In this document: positions 41,245 through 54,609 of the stretch, piece after piece
Layout of the letters: each line of letters starts with the position of its first letter
Position numbering within the stretch: position 1 is the stretch's first letter
From: Octopus bimaculoides
Taxonomy: Eukaryota
DNA length: 64,000 nt
Assembly: GCF_001194135.2 (NCBI RefSeq)
Contig: NC_068989.1
Location: 60,733,878-60,797,877 of the forward strand
Direction of reading: 5' to 3'
Made by a program: the position numbers and the translations under genes
Notes under the pieces: generated by a model
Seen by the model: only the letters and a program-made list of their open reading frames with translations
What the model was told of the DNA's origin: nothing
Databases searched by the model: none

Positions 41245-41326
41245 TATGAGAGGTGCCGAAAAGTTCCAGGTTTTAAGGGTATGGCAAAAGCCTGGCTGAA
41301 GGTCCTATCTTCCGAGTTGTCTAAAC
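41245..41326 (+). mobile_element. Isolated mariner-type terminal fragment
   Basis: TATGAGAGGTGCCGAAAAGTTCCAGG resembles the TACGAGGG..CTGAAAAGTT mariner TIR pattern; no partner TIR found. Confidence 0.45.
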
Positions 41327-41915
41327 CAAAGCCAGGAATTCTCCAACACCATTTTCTGTCTGTCTCTCTTCCCTCTTTGTTTTTCGCTCCCTCGTTGCTC
41401 ACACGTGACCATCGTCCATCTTTCTTTTTCTCCCGTGATCATCTTTCTTTTTTTCCAGGACTGTCATAAGGACTGGGTGTATTCTACCTTTCTCTTCTAT
41501 CTTTGGAGAGAATATTTCTCCAGCGTTCGCTATTTTACCCTCGTTCTGGTCTAGCGACACTCCATGTTTGTTTTCGTTCGGTTTCCTTGTATGTACTCCA
41601 CTGTCCTGTTTCTGTTCCCAACTTTGACCCTCCATAAATCCCAAATTTTATTTTGTTACTTACAGGAGTAACTGTCTTCGAAGACTTATGTTGTCGTTCA
41701 AGGATCTAAATTAGAAGTCGATAGAAAGCGGACAACTGATGAAGGGTCATTTCATTGTGTTACTTGGTTACTGGTCCTGTTTTCCATTTCTTTCTTTCAT
41801 ACTTTGCGTATTGAACTCACTTATGTTCGTATCGTATGTTGTTTACTGTTTGTGACATCTTGTACCCATGTCTGCATATATGTATATATATATATATATA
41901 TATATNNNNNNNNNN

Positions 41916-41965
<50 letters not shown>

Positions 41966-42416
41966 CGAATGAGAAAGAATATGTGTGTGTTAGTTTTTTC
42001 ACGTGTCAGTATGTTACCTACTTTCTAAAGACACTGCAGACAACAGCAATTATTGTAACGCGTGTTTAAATCTAGCTTTATTTTTGAATAATTCTTCCGT
42101 TTTAAACACTGATAAAAATATAACGATATTCGGTACAGCTTTGGTTATATCATTTTAACACTGGAACAAAATATAACATCCTCGCTAGCGTACTTTCAAT
42201 AGCAATAATGAACCAACTTATTAAATGCAAAAACTGTATTCAATTAAGACCATTGTGTAATTCCTTTCATAATCACGAACCCATAGATTTGTAGAAAAGG
42301 ATTGTTTTTATGAGACACCCTTATTCTTTGTTAAAATATTTCTGGTCCTTTCGTTAACTCTCCGGACTAGAAATCAGGAGTATTAAAATATAAATAAATG
42401 GCAATATTAATTCTTT

Positions 42417-42626
42417 GATGCGGCGAACTGGCGGAATTGTTAGCACGCCGGAAGACAGAGCTTAGCGTCCTGTTTTACTTTTTGAGATTAAATCCCAACG
42501 AGGTTAACTTTGCCTTTCATCCTTTCGGAGTCGAAAAAATACATACGATATGAGCACTGGGTTCGATGCTAACGAGTGCCCACCTGCCACGAAAATGATG
42601 GCCTTGTGCCAACATTTGAAATCAAT
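42417..42626 (+). mobile_element. SINE family 2
   Basis: GCGGCGAACTGGCGGAATTGTTAGCACGCCGG head; AACTTTGCCTTTCATCCTTTCGGAGTCGA core; GGCCTTGTGCCAACATTTGAAATC tail. Confidence 0.88.
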
Positions 42627-44203
42627 ACTCATCTTTGAATTTTAATTTCTATTCCTTTGTGTCATCCATGAATGTTGTTCAACGTTATTCCTATGTTAAT
42701 TGTACAAACCAGTTGAAAATACAAAATCATTCATATGACATACTTTACGTGGTTTTCTACGAACGGTATTTGTTTAAGAGTAAATTCCTCAGAATACACG
42801 AGTCTATACACAGTAGAAAGATTCATCTGCTACTTCCGTCATTTCAGTAGAAAAGTTTAGCTGATACATTAGAGAAATGTAGCTGCTATTTCTAGCATTT
42901 CATCTGCCACATAGATATCAACCCCTTGACTCGGTGGGTCTTGTTTACTCTATTCGAAGTGAATTAATGTAGAATATAAATGGTAAATTCTTTCTAAATT
43001 CAATTCTTGCTCAGTTTCCACGTTTCACAAAGGCTTCTAATAAGCTAGTGATTAAATGTAAGGTAACATAAATATAAAGGAATTTGGCGAACGATTTGAA
43101 ACACAACATTAAATTAATTACATAAGGCAGCATAGTCTTCCTCGGTTCTAATCTTACAAGACGCGATTTTACTTTCCATTCTTCTGGGATCGATATAGTA
43201 TAAGTAACTTAAATATATCTAGAGTCGATTGAATTATTTCCTCCCATAGCCAATAAATCAATAACAACTGACGATGCAAAATAATTATCCACTTCTGTAT
43301 GCTGGACCAGTCTCTTTGTGTCGTGTTTGACAATGTTTTCACTAGGCGATGCAAGTGAAAATTATATACGAATGTTTAGTGTGATTAGAGTTCAAATATA
43401 GAACCTGATGTTAAATTATCGTGGGTCTTGTTTCATTGAAACCAAATATAATATATTTTCTTTTGTTTGTATACGTAGGCGGTAATATACAATGTGGAAC
43501 CATATGCATCTAATTTACTGTGCGGATAAAGTCATATACCTACATTTGCACATATATGTATACATACTCATACATACACAAACGCGGTCACTGATATGTT
43601 GATATTTGAATACTCCTAAATAGAATCTAGGATAACAGATACCTTAAATTTAATTACAATTAATCAATAAATGTTGGTGCAATCCGAAAAAAAAAAATAC
43701 TCCATTTCAATGTATTGCAATGTATTTCATTCTATATTTACATTAGATAACCCACTTTTCTCTCTTTTTTTTACAATTACATTTATGTTAACTTATAGCG
43801 GTTCATGTTCTGTTCGTGCTACAAATTCATTGAGAAAACTACAAAATAGATACGATGAAATCGAATTATGATTGATTATACACAAATGTCTTTCATGCAT
43901 AATCAGTTACCAAAATTCACGGATGCCTCTTTCAAATAATTACTGCCACAATTACCAATATTGACCAAATGTGTTCTCCCTACTTGTGATAAATGATGAG
44001 GTTCTTTACAACTTTTACTACCTTTTATGAAAACTTTTTGTTGTATGTAGTATTCCTCTTTTTTTAAAATCATTTAAAGCCTCTAAATATCGCCAAACAT
44101 TATTGAAGCCTGTAAATAAATGACAGTATCAGGTCATCCCATAAGTTCTGTCCGAATTTTGAATTAAGAAAACAAGTGGTCAAATGTTATATCTAATTGA
44201 AAT

Positions 44204-45387
44204 TTAATCATCAATGTACTTTTCCTGATTATCTATGACATCCTTCCATCTATTTACAAGCTTTTTAATCCCATCAATGTAAAACTCTTTTGGTTTCGAA
44301 GCGAAGAACTCTGAAATGTCAGTTTCAACCTCCTCCTGGCTTGCGAAAGTTATGTCCACCAAATGATTCTATAAACTATGAAACAAATGGTAGTCTGAAG
44401 TAGCAAGGTCGGGAGAATAAGGTAGATGAGGAATTGTTTCCCAATCAAACTCTTCGATCTTCGGTGATGTGATCTTTGCAGTGTGGGGCCGCGCATTGTC
44501 CTGACGAAACATCACTCCTTTTCGATTCACTAAACCGAGTCTTTTTTCTTCAAAGTTTGGTTCAAACGTTCTAATTACTGACAGTAGACTTGAGCATTGA
44601 TTGTTGCATTAGGTGGTAACAATTCAAAAGGAATTACTCCTTTGCGATCCTAACAGATAGAGAGAAAAACCTCTTTCCCATGAAGTTCCCTTCTCGGTTG
44701 TGTTTGAGCTTTTTCCCTTTTTCCAAGCCACTATTTACAACGTTTAACATTTCGATAGAAGATCCATTTTTCGTCACCAGTCACAAGTCTATCCAAAAAG
44801 GGTGAAATGAGTTCACGAGAATGGAGAGAAGTCCAGATGTCAACTCGGGATTTGCGGATGCTTTCGGACAATTCATGAGGCACCCATTTTCCAAATTTAG
44901 GAACTTTTCCAAGTTGTTGAAGATGATGATGAACAGTTTATAGTTTGAACTAAGCTTTATTGCCAATTCTTCAAGTAATGCCTCAAGGAGCTTATCATCA
45001 AACTCAGCTGGACGTCCTGTTCGATCTTCATCTTCAAGGCTGAAATCGCCACTTCTGAATTTTGCAAACCATCTTCTGCAAGTTCTTTCATTCAAGCATT
45101 CTTTCCCATAAACTGAATGTATGTTTCGAGTTGCTTCAGCTGCAGAGTTTTTCCTTTTTTGTACTCATAAAGTGTTGTGTCGACGCCCCCAAGCGAAGAA
45201 GTAGGCTCGACCAAGACATATAAATAGAGGTAATCTGACTGTGGTAGGAGTCGACTGAGAGTGGACTGACTGTTGAGTAGCAGACATATAGCGGTTGAGT
45301 AGAGATCATCTGAAGGTGCTAGATAGCAGTAGCTTGAGACATAACATAAAGCATTATGTGTCTCAAATGCTCTTTGGATACTTCTGT
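44204..45387 (-). pseudogene. Mariner (DD34D) transposase pseudogene
   Basis: EVSKEHLRHIMLYEYKKG..NERTCRRWFAKFRSGDFSLEDEDRTGRP (HTH), WVPHEL, LVTGDEKWIFYRN, FRQDNARPH, YSPDLATSDYHLF. The expected start codon reads ACA; about four in-frame stops, frameshifts and a 174-bp insertion. Confidence 0.93.
45173..45346. mobile_element. Solo-LTR-like 174-bp insertion nested in the mariner
   Basis: Ends TGTTGTG...CATAACA; 5-bp duplication TAAAG at 45168-72 and 45347-51; removing it restores the transposase codons (IMLY/EYKKG); TATAAATA at 45219-26. Confidence 0.8.
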
Positions 45388-47059
45388 GTTAGAAAGGGTT
45401 TTCATCAAAGAAATTTTAATTCTATTACTCTGTAAAATAATATTTAATTAGTTTAAATGAACACAAATGCATATAAATAATTTTAAATTCCATTAGACAT
45501 TCTAAAATACTATTAAATTTCATTCAATTTTAAAATGGGTGAAATCGGACAGAACTTATGGGATGACCTGATATACAGGAATGGAATTTTAAGTTCAGAG
45601 ATTTAATATAGTTACTTCTTCACATCTTAGTATTCCTGGTTTCCAAATTTTCTCTTAATTGGGTTAATTATAGTTCTAAGTTTGAAAGGTTTGAAAATGA
45701 TATACATTTCAATAGTAAACATGTCGATGCATATACACACTGACAGTTCCATATTATTTATTCACTACTGCATTATAAACTGTAATATATTATGAATGTC
45801 CTTCAGATGTACTCAGTTCTTGTTTCTAATCTAAACAATAGTATTGTTTTATAGCTATGATTATTTGCTTACCCTAGAGCTTATGTATGAAGGCACCTTA
45901 AAATATTGTACACACATCTCTAAGCAAAATAACTTGAATCGTTCAAATTGTTGCAAATACCATCTCTGAAGTATTTGTTTAGTAGAGACAAAGATATAAA
46001 AAAGTATTACTAATACAGTCACTGCTTTCATTGTGATGTTTTGTGAATTTTATAATACTAGGTTATTACTATTAGAAAAATGAAATGCACCGTATTATTA
46101 CTAGTTATGTTATCATGTACGAAATTGCTACCTAGTCAATTTTGAATGTAAAAGAAGTAAAAAGTAAACTAAATACCAAAAGGCATTTATTGGGACAGTG
46201 CATAAGTTGATGAGCTAAAATTGCGGTAAAGATGAAATGTATTGCTGTTTAGTTGATTGCAATTTGTAATTAAGACACTTGTATTAAAATCAAATAGCTT
46301 CATTTCCACTCTCTTGTTATATATGTTAGAAAAATCTATGTTTCTATGAGTATCTTTAGGGTCATAACAATGTTTGAATGGGTGAAATCATGCATTATAC
46401 TGAATTTACACCGTTATTCATGTATGTTGAATATTCCCCAGTTTACACACATTATCATCGATCCCACAGAGGATAAAGTAAATACTAGTAATATACTGAG
46501 TTTGATTCAGTGAATAACATCCTCTATGCTATAAAATTGGCAGTATGCCTCGAGCGAAGAAAAATCACTGCTTCATTATTACTTTGCATAGCATTCCCTC
46601 TATTAAACAAACTTGCTGAGATGATGTTTGTAATATTTTGAACAATAGAAGTTACTTTGTTTAGAGCTGCGTGTAAAGGATTTTAATGTGAAGAGCAAAG
46701 GCTATTCAATTAATGTTTAGCAATTTGAAAACGCCAGTCAGCAACCGGTTTGCTCACTTGTAGATTCGCTTGAAATGCTGTTGTAAGTAATCAATGACAA
46801 TGAGGAAAATATTTATCATTGACAGAATGATGTAAATTATGGCAAATTTCTGGGTAGAAAAGTTAATACATTTTCGTTGTGAGAAACAAGTGCTGAACAT
46901 AGATGGAGCATATTACTTTTGTATATTGCAATTTTAAAAGTATAGACAAGTTATTGTTATTATCGGTATTGTTGTTGTTGTTGTTCCTTAGCTTAAGACG
47001 TATGGTAAGAGTTATTCTTATAATGAGGAGCATATCATTTTTGTATATCTGCGACATGG

Positions 47060-47530
47060 ATTTTATGCGCGTGTGTGTGCGTGTGTGTATATGTGTGTGC
47101 GTGAGGTTGCGTGTGGTGTTGTGTATGTGGAGTGTATATGCTTTCCTGTGTGCGTGTGCGTGTGCGTGTGCGTGTGCGTGTGCGTGTGCGTGTGCGTGTG
47201 TGTGTGTGCGTGTATGTGCGTGTGTGTATATGCCCACGTATGTGTAATTGTGTGTGTGTATGTATGAGTGTGTGTTGTGTGTAGGAGATATGTGTTGCGT
47301 TCATGTGCATGTGCGTGTGTGTGTGTGTGTGCGCGTGTATTTGTGTGTGTGTGTGTGCATGCGTGTGTATGTGTGTGTGAACGTGGGGTAGTGTGTGTGG
47401 AGGTATATGTGCGTTCTTGAGCATGTATGCGCGTGCGTGTGTGCGCGTGTGTATATGCATGTAGTTGTCTGTAAATGTGTGCAAGTGTGTGTGTGTGTGT
47501 GTGTTTGTAGGTGTATGTATGTGTGTGTGC
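47060..47530. repeat. Complex (GT)n/(GCGTGT)n microsatellite
   Basis: Direct reading; explains the HAHA/CACA/RTRT ORFs. Confidence 0.95.
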
Positions 47531-48424
47531 ATGGGGTTATGTGTTAGGTATTCTATCAGTAAATATGTAGTATATATGTAGTTGCTCTGTGAATGTGTCG
47601 AGCGGCTAGCAGATTAAATCCAACCGCATAATTTGCACATTGTTTCACAAAGTAACCATTATTACTAATTGTGTTTAGAACAGAATTTCTTAAACAAATA
47701 TTGAAAAAAAAAAAACTGCAATCAGAATAAATGTATAACCTGTACATATATCTTGAAATTGCTTATTAGTAGAACTTCTCTTATCCATAGACAATGTTTC
47801 AAAAAAAAAAAAACAGTAGAAACAAAGTAAAACAAAAATGTGTTGTTGAACCCCTGATTGTTCCCTGATTCAAGCGAAGCGCGAATGTTCTTACTGATAT
47901 TTTCACTTGGTAACCTATCACAACAGTTCATTTTTATACGAAATTTTACTCGTATTATTCCATATAGAAGTGTTAGCTAACAGTAGAAAGCCGTATATGT
48001 TTATTCAGAGTGTTTAGTCGAACGTATCGTACTGAGTAACATAAAATTTGCTATGACAGCAAGCCTTCTCACTTTAGGCACGCAGTCTTAGTGCGGCAAT
48101 GTTACTATTAATATGATAAAATTGAGCAACATCCAGGTTTGAATTCAAGACTATTAATTTTCTATTTTTTTAAAATAAACAGCTACCACATCTATACATT
48201 TATATATTTATACGTCAATATCAATTGTATTATATAGAACACAAACAGTAAAAGTAATAAATATAATATTACAATCTATTTGGCTAACTGCAAACATTTT
48301 CATAATGTTGGCAAACATTTTATATACACCCTTATACCCATACACAGACAGACACAGATATACATATGATTATATATTTAGCGTTTTACTACATATACAT
48401 ACATACATATACATACATACATAT

Positions 48425-48456
<32 letters not shown>

Positions 48457-48739
48457 GTGTGTGTGTGTACACGAACACACACTTCAGCGAGTATGCGCAT
48501 ATTCACACATAAGAAAACTTAGAAAAATATGATTGACAAGAGGTTTAAAGTGTTATCGTAAGGTAGAAAACCCTTACAATTAATAATATTTCGCACACGA
48601 TTTCTAAACACTGGCCTTCGCTTGATTTAATTTCAATGTGTGAATATATACGTATGTGTGTATGGCTGTTTGTTTGTATGTGTGAGTATTCGTGCGCGTT
48701 CGTTGAGCTTTGAGGTCTGACACTGAAGATTCAGCTGCT

Positions 48740-49290
48740 CGATAAGTTGAATTACCAACCAAAAGATAGTTTATGACTTTATCTACATGGAAAGTAACTT
48801 TGCTTCTATAGAAATGGATACTCAGGAAAAAGATGGCAAAACTACGGAATACCGTAGACAGACTGAGAATTATACGGAATTTCTCCCTTCATGACAACAC
48901 GGAGAGGAGTTCCTTGAAAGTAATCGTTAAATCAGTACTTCTGTATGGCTCTTTCGTACTGACACTGGATAAGAGATTTGAAAAGAAGATTAACGGTACA
49001 TTTACTAGAATACTTCATGAAGTTCACAATCTTCCTTGGCAGTAACAATCTACTAGGATATCTAATGTCTAACTATCATCACATCGGTAGTCAGAAAAAA
49101 AGAAAACGTTATGCAGGATAACACTAGATGCAAAGATGAAAATATCTAGCGATCACGTTCTCTGAGAACTCATATATAAACATACAGGTATCGGCATACC
49201 GATTAACTTCTGAACGAAACCGGGTATCAATTTGATGATATGGAGACTCCGGTGGAAAGTTAGGACAGCTGTCGTGGAAGAGTTACATTG
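48740..49290 (+). mobile_element. RTE-like LINE 3' relic (post-RT region)
   Basis: ORF 48833..49045 KVIVKSVLLYGSFVLTLDKRFEKKINGTFTRILHEVHNLPWQ matches the RTE-type pattern ATVESVLLYGSETWTLTK.LEKRLDGTYTRMLR.ALNISW; preceded by FIYMESN (cf. FKYLGS). Confidence 0.8.
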
Positions 49291-49302
49291 GTTCGGTCCA
49301 AA

Positions 49303-50173
49303 TACCAGGTCGTATCAAAAAGTCCCTGCACTAGTGCACCAACAGATAGCATCACACAGTTGTGTGCGCAGTGAGAGCTAGCCGTGACCTTCATGAGGCA
49401 GTGTGCCGGGGGACATCACTGTGTTTACTTCACAAATTGAGAAATCTGTGTTTTTGTGATCACGTGTATTCTGTTGTTTGTGATTTTGTCATGGACATGA
49501 ACAAAGAGACAACATGAAATTTTGCGTTAAACTTGGGAAGTCTGCTACAGAGACATTGACCATTATTCAGTAAAATTACGGCAAGCAATGGGTCTTATGC
49601 AATGTATCAAGATGGACGGGCGCTTCAAAAGCGGAAAAACATCTCTGGAAGACGACCAGCGATCTGAAAGACCTGCTACCCACGGATGTGCTATTTTACA
49701 TCGAGAATTCTTCCCCCAGGATCATACCCTCAATCGAAAGTTCTAGTGCTATGTTTTGTAGCCTTAGAGGTAAGGAATTCAGCGACCGGATCTGTCGAGC
49801 GCGAAGAATTGGATTTTTAATCGAGCTCTTCTCACTCGGGAGATTCTCGCCGAAAAGAATATGGTATCGCTTCTGCACCAACCCCGCCCTATTCGCCAGA
49901 TTGAGCACCTGCGGACTTCAATCTCTTCTTCAAGTCAAAGGTTGCTGTTTGAACACTGTTGTCGAGGTCCAGAGTGAATAGAAGAAGGTTCTCGACTAGC
50001 TTAATGAAAACAACTTCTAGGCTGGATTCCAAATGTGGCAGTGACACTGGAACCAGTATATTGCTGCGCAACGCCACTATTTCGAAGGAGATGGTGATGA
50101 TAAAACTTAGGTAAATAAGGTATTTTTTTAATAAAACATAACCAGTCCGGTAACATTATCATACCACCTCCTA
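49303..50173 (+). mobile_element. Internally deleted mariner element (second family)
   Basis: Degenerate TIRs TACCAGGTCGTATCAAAAAGTCCCTGCACT and AGTCCGGTAACATTATCATACCACCTCCTA; peptides MKFCVKLGKSATETL, RFKSGKTSLEDDQRSERP, ILHREFFPQDHTLNRKF, YSPD..PADF, YFEGDG. The region holding the first catalytic Asp is missing. Confidence 0.88.
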
Positions 50174-51385
50174 TATACATATATACGTTTATATATATAT
50201 ATATGTAAAATATGAGAGAAAGAAAATGGAATTCAAGAGACTCTTTATCATTATGATCGTTTCGACCAATCGCGCACCAGTGCCTCCTAGGTGAGATGCA
50301 GTATTGTGGTACATCATAGGTGCAAACGTTTCTCCTCAGGTGATTTGTCAAAAGGTACCTAATCTTGTATTTACATAATGCATTTTGCATATTCCATTTT
50401 GGTAGTTGTATGTATGTATACAAGCACAACAGTACACGCGCACACATACACACTTACCCATACACACACACATATATGACCATGGGCATTAAAATTTTGG
50501 TTCATGACATATTTTATTTCGATGAGGTAACCCGTCTCAACTGAATTGATAACTGTAAATCATATAAACAAATCACATAAGCATCACAGTACTATAGATA
50601 GATGCTATAATCTGCGAAATTTGAAAAATGAAGTTATATTCGCATGCATACACGGATTTAAGTTCCACTACTACAAACCAGTTAAAATTAATACTAGATA
50701 TAGATTAGTATCAAGTAATAAATAACGCATTTTCTTTGAGATCTAATTTTAAATAAGCTAACAGACAAACCAAATGCCCTAGAGAATACTATTTTCTTAT
50801 ACCAACGAATTTATAATCTTGACGTAATGTACAAAGCTGCTTTGTCTATCCCTTATATGAATGTATCGTAACGTCTACGTTTGTCATATGAGACAGCTGC
50901 CTTCCACTAATCTGAATATCAAAAAATGTATCACCGTTCTATAGATGTCTGTGTGTATGTAAATATTTTACCTCAGGCAGAGTATTGTATTGCATGAATA
51001 CTAAAGCTGACATTTTATACGTGGTAATTTTAAGTTTAATAATTCTCATCTTCGGACAAAAGGTTCTGATTGAAATATAAAACAAATATTTGCTTTGTAA
51101 AGTTCTTTCAGATTCATTGTATAAGTATAAATGTTGTGAATAAAATAGATATGATGTACCGTGCCAAATTCCTCTCCAATGCACAGGAACACGTTTTATC
51201 CTATCAAGAAGTAGTTTTAAGTTAACGATGAAATAGCGTCTTCCATTAAAATCGTTAATATAGTAGTTACCAGTAAATGCTATAAAAAGACAACCGTTTG
51301 GAGTAAAAACACTTTAGTTGTAGCCTCGTTTACATGTGCACATATCGATATATGCATGTCAATATAAACGATCCCGTATATACAT

Positions 51386-51445
<60 letters not shown>

Positions 51446-51909
51446 GTATGTGTGTGTGTATAATACATATACATACATCCATATACGTATATATATATAA
51501 ATACATATATGCACATACATACACACACATATATGTATATATATTTGTATATGAGAAGAGAAAGCGAAATAGAGAGAGTATGTGTGTTTCAATGTGTCCA
51601 TATATTCAGCAATAAGTGAGTTAATCGAACATCTCCCAATACGAAGTTAATTATGTTATTATGTTCATATTGCTGTTATTTGTGTATATTTTATATATGG
51701 AGTTAAAAATACATTGTCGACCACAGTATTCGAGTATGGAAACCGTTAACGTTATGTACAGAAAAAGATATTAATGACCTTTATTAAATACCGCATTTAT
51801 CAAAAATGGTGATTTTCATTTATTTACCATCAGGAAAATAAAATTACTAAGGTATAATTAATTCACGGACCATTTCTGTCGTTAGCACTCGGATAGTAAT
51901 TTCTTATTG

Positions 51910-52122
51910 TTTTCTTCTCTAGGCAGAAGGACAGAAATTTTGGGGCAGAGGGCCAGTCGATAACATCGAACCCAGTACGGAGCTAGTGCTTAATTTATCG
52001 ACCCCGAAAGAATGAAAGGCAAGATCGACCTCGGCAGCATTTCAACTCAGAACGTAACGGCAGGCGAAATACCGCTAAGCATTTTAGCCGGCGTGCTAAC
52101 GTTTCTGACAGCACGCCGCCTT
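51910..52122 (-). mobile_element. SINE family 2, full length, with 17-bp target-site duplication
   Basis: Reverse complement of head, core and tail; flanked by ATAG(T/C)AATTTCTTATTG at 51893-51909 and 52123-52139. Confidence 0.92.
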
Positions 52123-53114
52123 ATAGCAATTTCTTATTGCCAACGAAATATAAACACGTTTATCTAGTAGAATCTCCTGATATCTCCCAATCATTTTATC
52201 ATTGTCATTAAATTTGAGAATATAGCAATAATCATTATGACTAAGGCAGTTGATTTCAAAGGGCCCTAAGCCCGAATTGAAGTGATTCAGTTATTAGATT
52301 GTTACTGATATTTTCCAGTGTTCATAGCTAATACATTCATCCTTACACTGAAGGAAATGAAAATGGCTGCTAGATATTGATGTTGTTATTGTTCTTGTAG
52401 TTGATGTTCTTGTTTAACTGTAGATCCAATCTACTTGCATCTCCCTGGTCATTTCATCATTTCATTATATCTGCTTTACGACCCTCAAGGTGTTCTTTAT
52501 TCTGAAAGCACATTGTGATTTTAAGGAATTTGACTGCTCCCTTTAGCTACTCGAGTGGCCTCTTGAGTTCTCCTTACGAGGCACAACTTTATAACTCGAC
52601 TCTTATCTATAGTATGCAGCACTCCTACAACTATTGCTGTGGAAAGAAATTTAGCCTCACTGGAGAATTGTACTCATGACACTGTTAGGTCGCACTGCAA
52701 TCACTGAATTATCTGTACTTCGTTAGTTATTGCCAAAATAATTTAGGGTCAATAAACGTCTTTCTGATATATTACGGATTCCTCTCTGTATTTTGGAATA
52801 GAGATTCATTCTGAAAAATGTGGACTAAGGATCATTCGATACCCATTCTCGAACGTAGGAAAAATTCCATTTCGTCGTGATTTTATCTGAGAGTTATGTA
52901 AACCGATGCTAAATGTTGCAAAGGCTAAAGTAAGTTTTCTTACTTTTATCTCCAAAACACATTTTTGTCAGTAATTTATCAGAAAAAAAAATCGGTCTAG
53001 TCTCAAATTAGGGATCTTTTAAGAAGGGAATCACTACGCCAAAAGAACGGAAGCAAAGGTAAGTTCTTTGATTCACTTTTGTTCACATCTCTTTAACCTG
53101 ACGCACTTCTATTC

Positions 53115-53118
<4 letters not shown>

Positions 53119-53175
<57 letters not shown>
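53119..53175. repeat. (AG)n microsatellite
   Basis: Direct reading. Confidence 0.97.
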
Positions 53176-53178
<3 letters not shown>

Positions 53179-54609
53179 AAATTGATGAAGTAACATTTAT
53201 TTATTTCCGCATAATAATAGATATTTGGTATATAAACGTATATAACATAATACAGATGTACAAAACAAGGAACGAATAGCTTTCATTGTTGTTTGTCTAT
53301 TTTTTAGTATTCCGCGTTTTCCTGACGAATTTTTTTTTTGTTTCTTTAGATGAGAACAAAATAGATTTACATATTAAGAAAATGAAATGGAATAGAACAC
53401 CAAAGTGATTCTTGGCATTCACTTTCACATAATATCCTTCTTTCTCTACGTTTACGGCCACATTTAAGTAGGCAATGTTGCAATGAATTTCCAGATGTCA
53501 TAGAGGCAATTTGAGTAAGCAAGTGAAGTGTGTGACAGAAAATAGCGGATAAGCAGTATAATACTGATGAATTAATACAAATCAATGAGGGCGACTACGT
53601 CAGGTGATTGGTTTATAAGCAGCAAGTGTATGGAAATCGATCGTGTTTAGTAATGAATTCATTAATGTTAAATGCACAAGTATCCGCCATGTATGGTATA
53701 TGCATACATTTACCGATATAATGAGACAATACCACAGACAATACAAACATAGTTTTATAGCTATGCATATATATATATATATATANNNNNNNNNNNNNNN
53801 NNNNNNNNNNNNNNNNNNNNNNNNNNNNNNNNNNNNNNNNNNNNNNNNNNNNNNNNNNNNNNNNNNNNNNNNNNNNNNNNNNNNNNNNNNNNNNNNNNNN
53901 NNNNNNNNNNNNNNNNNNNNNNNNNNNNNNNNNNNNNNNNNNNNNNNNNNNNNNNNNNNNNNNNNNTTAGATTTCTTATATATTTAAAAAAAATTTTTAA
54001 ATATTTTTTTACATAATTATAGAGTTAATGTTTTGGATTTTTTCCACACATATTTTTTCCTGTTTTTTCCCCGCCACTCTGTTTTTTTCCTGTGCGTCTA
54101 TAGACACGTACATGGAACCTTATGTGCGCGCTTGTGAATGTGTGAATGTGTGCGGGTACGTGCGTATATAGATGTATGTGCGTGCATGTGGAAATTTGCG
54201 CATATTAGACGCGTTTTAACCTTGTAGCTTTCACCAACTTTCTTCTGTATTTTACTTTAGCTCTATAAAAAAATGTTTGCGTGCGTGTGGATGGGTGCGA
54301 GGTTGTTGAGTGCGTGTGTAGGGGTGTGTATGCGGGTATACCCGTGTATGCGGGTATATATATGTATATGTACATATATGTATAGTTTTTGGCGAGTATA
54401 TGGTTGAGCATGTGTGTGTTTCAAGCGAGGATGGTTTAGTTTATACATATACGGATTGGTGCGCATACGCGAACACTGTAGACTTTTTTATTCCCTTATT
54501 TTTACCCCCCCCTTACTTAGCGGTCTATAGTTCTTTTGTCTTAGTAACGGTCAACTACACAGTAATTTCCCTTTGTTTAACGGTCATTTTTTTCACAGGA
54601 ATTTTCAAT

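Larger units (their letters stand above)
44129..45571 (-). mobile_element. Full-length mariner DNA transposon with perfect 27-bp TIRs and TA target-site duplication
   Basis: TCAGGTCATCCCATAAGTTCTGTCCGA (44129-55) and its exact reverse complement (45545-71); TA at 44127-28 and 45572-73; encloses a DD34D transposase pseudogene. Confidence 0.96.

Noticed and set aside
41730-41760. CTGATGAAGGG, a hammerhead-like half core
   Set aside because: No downstream complementary helix II or GAAA found.
53012-53058. Short segment ending at a strong AAG/GTAAGT donor
   Set aside because: No convincing acceptor or peptide; could be chance.
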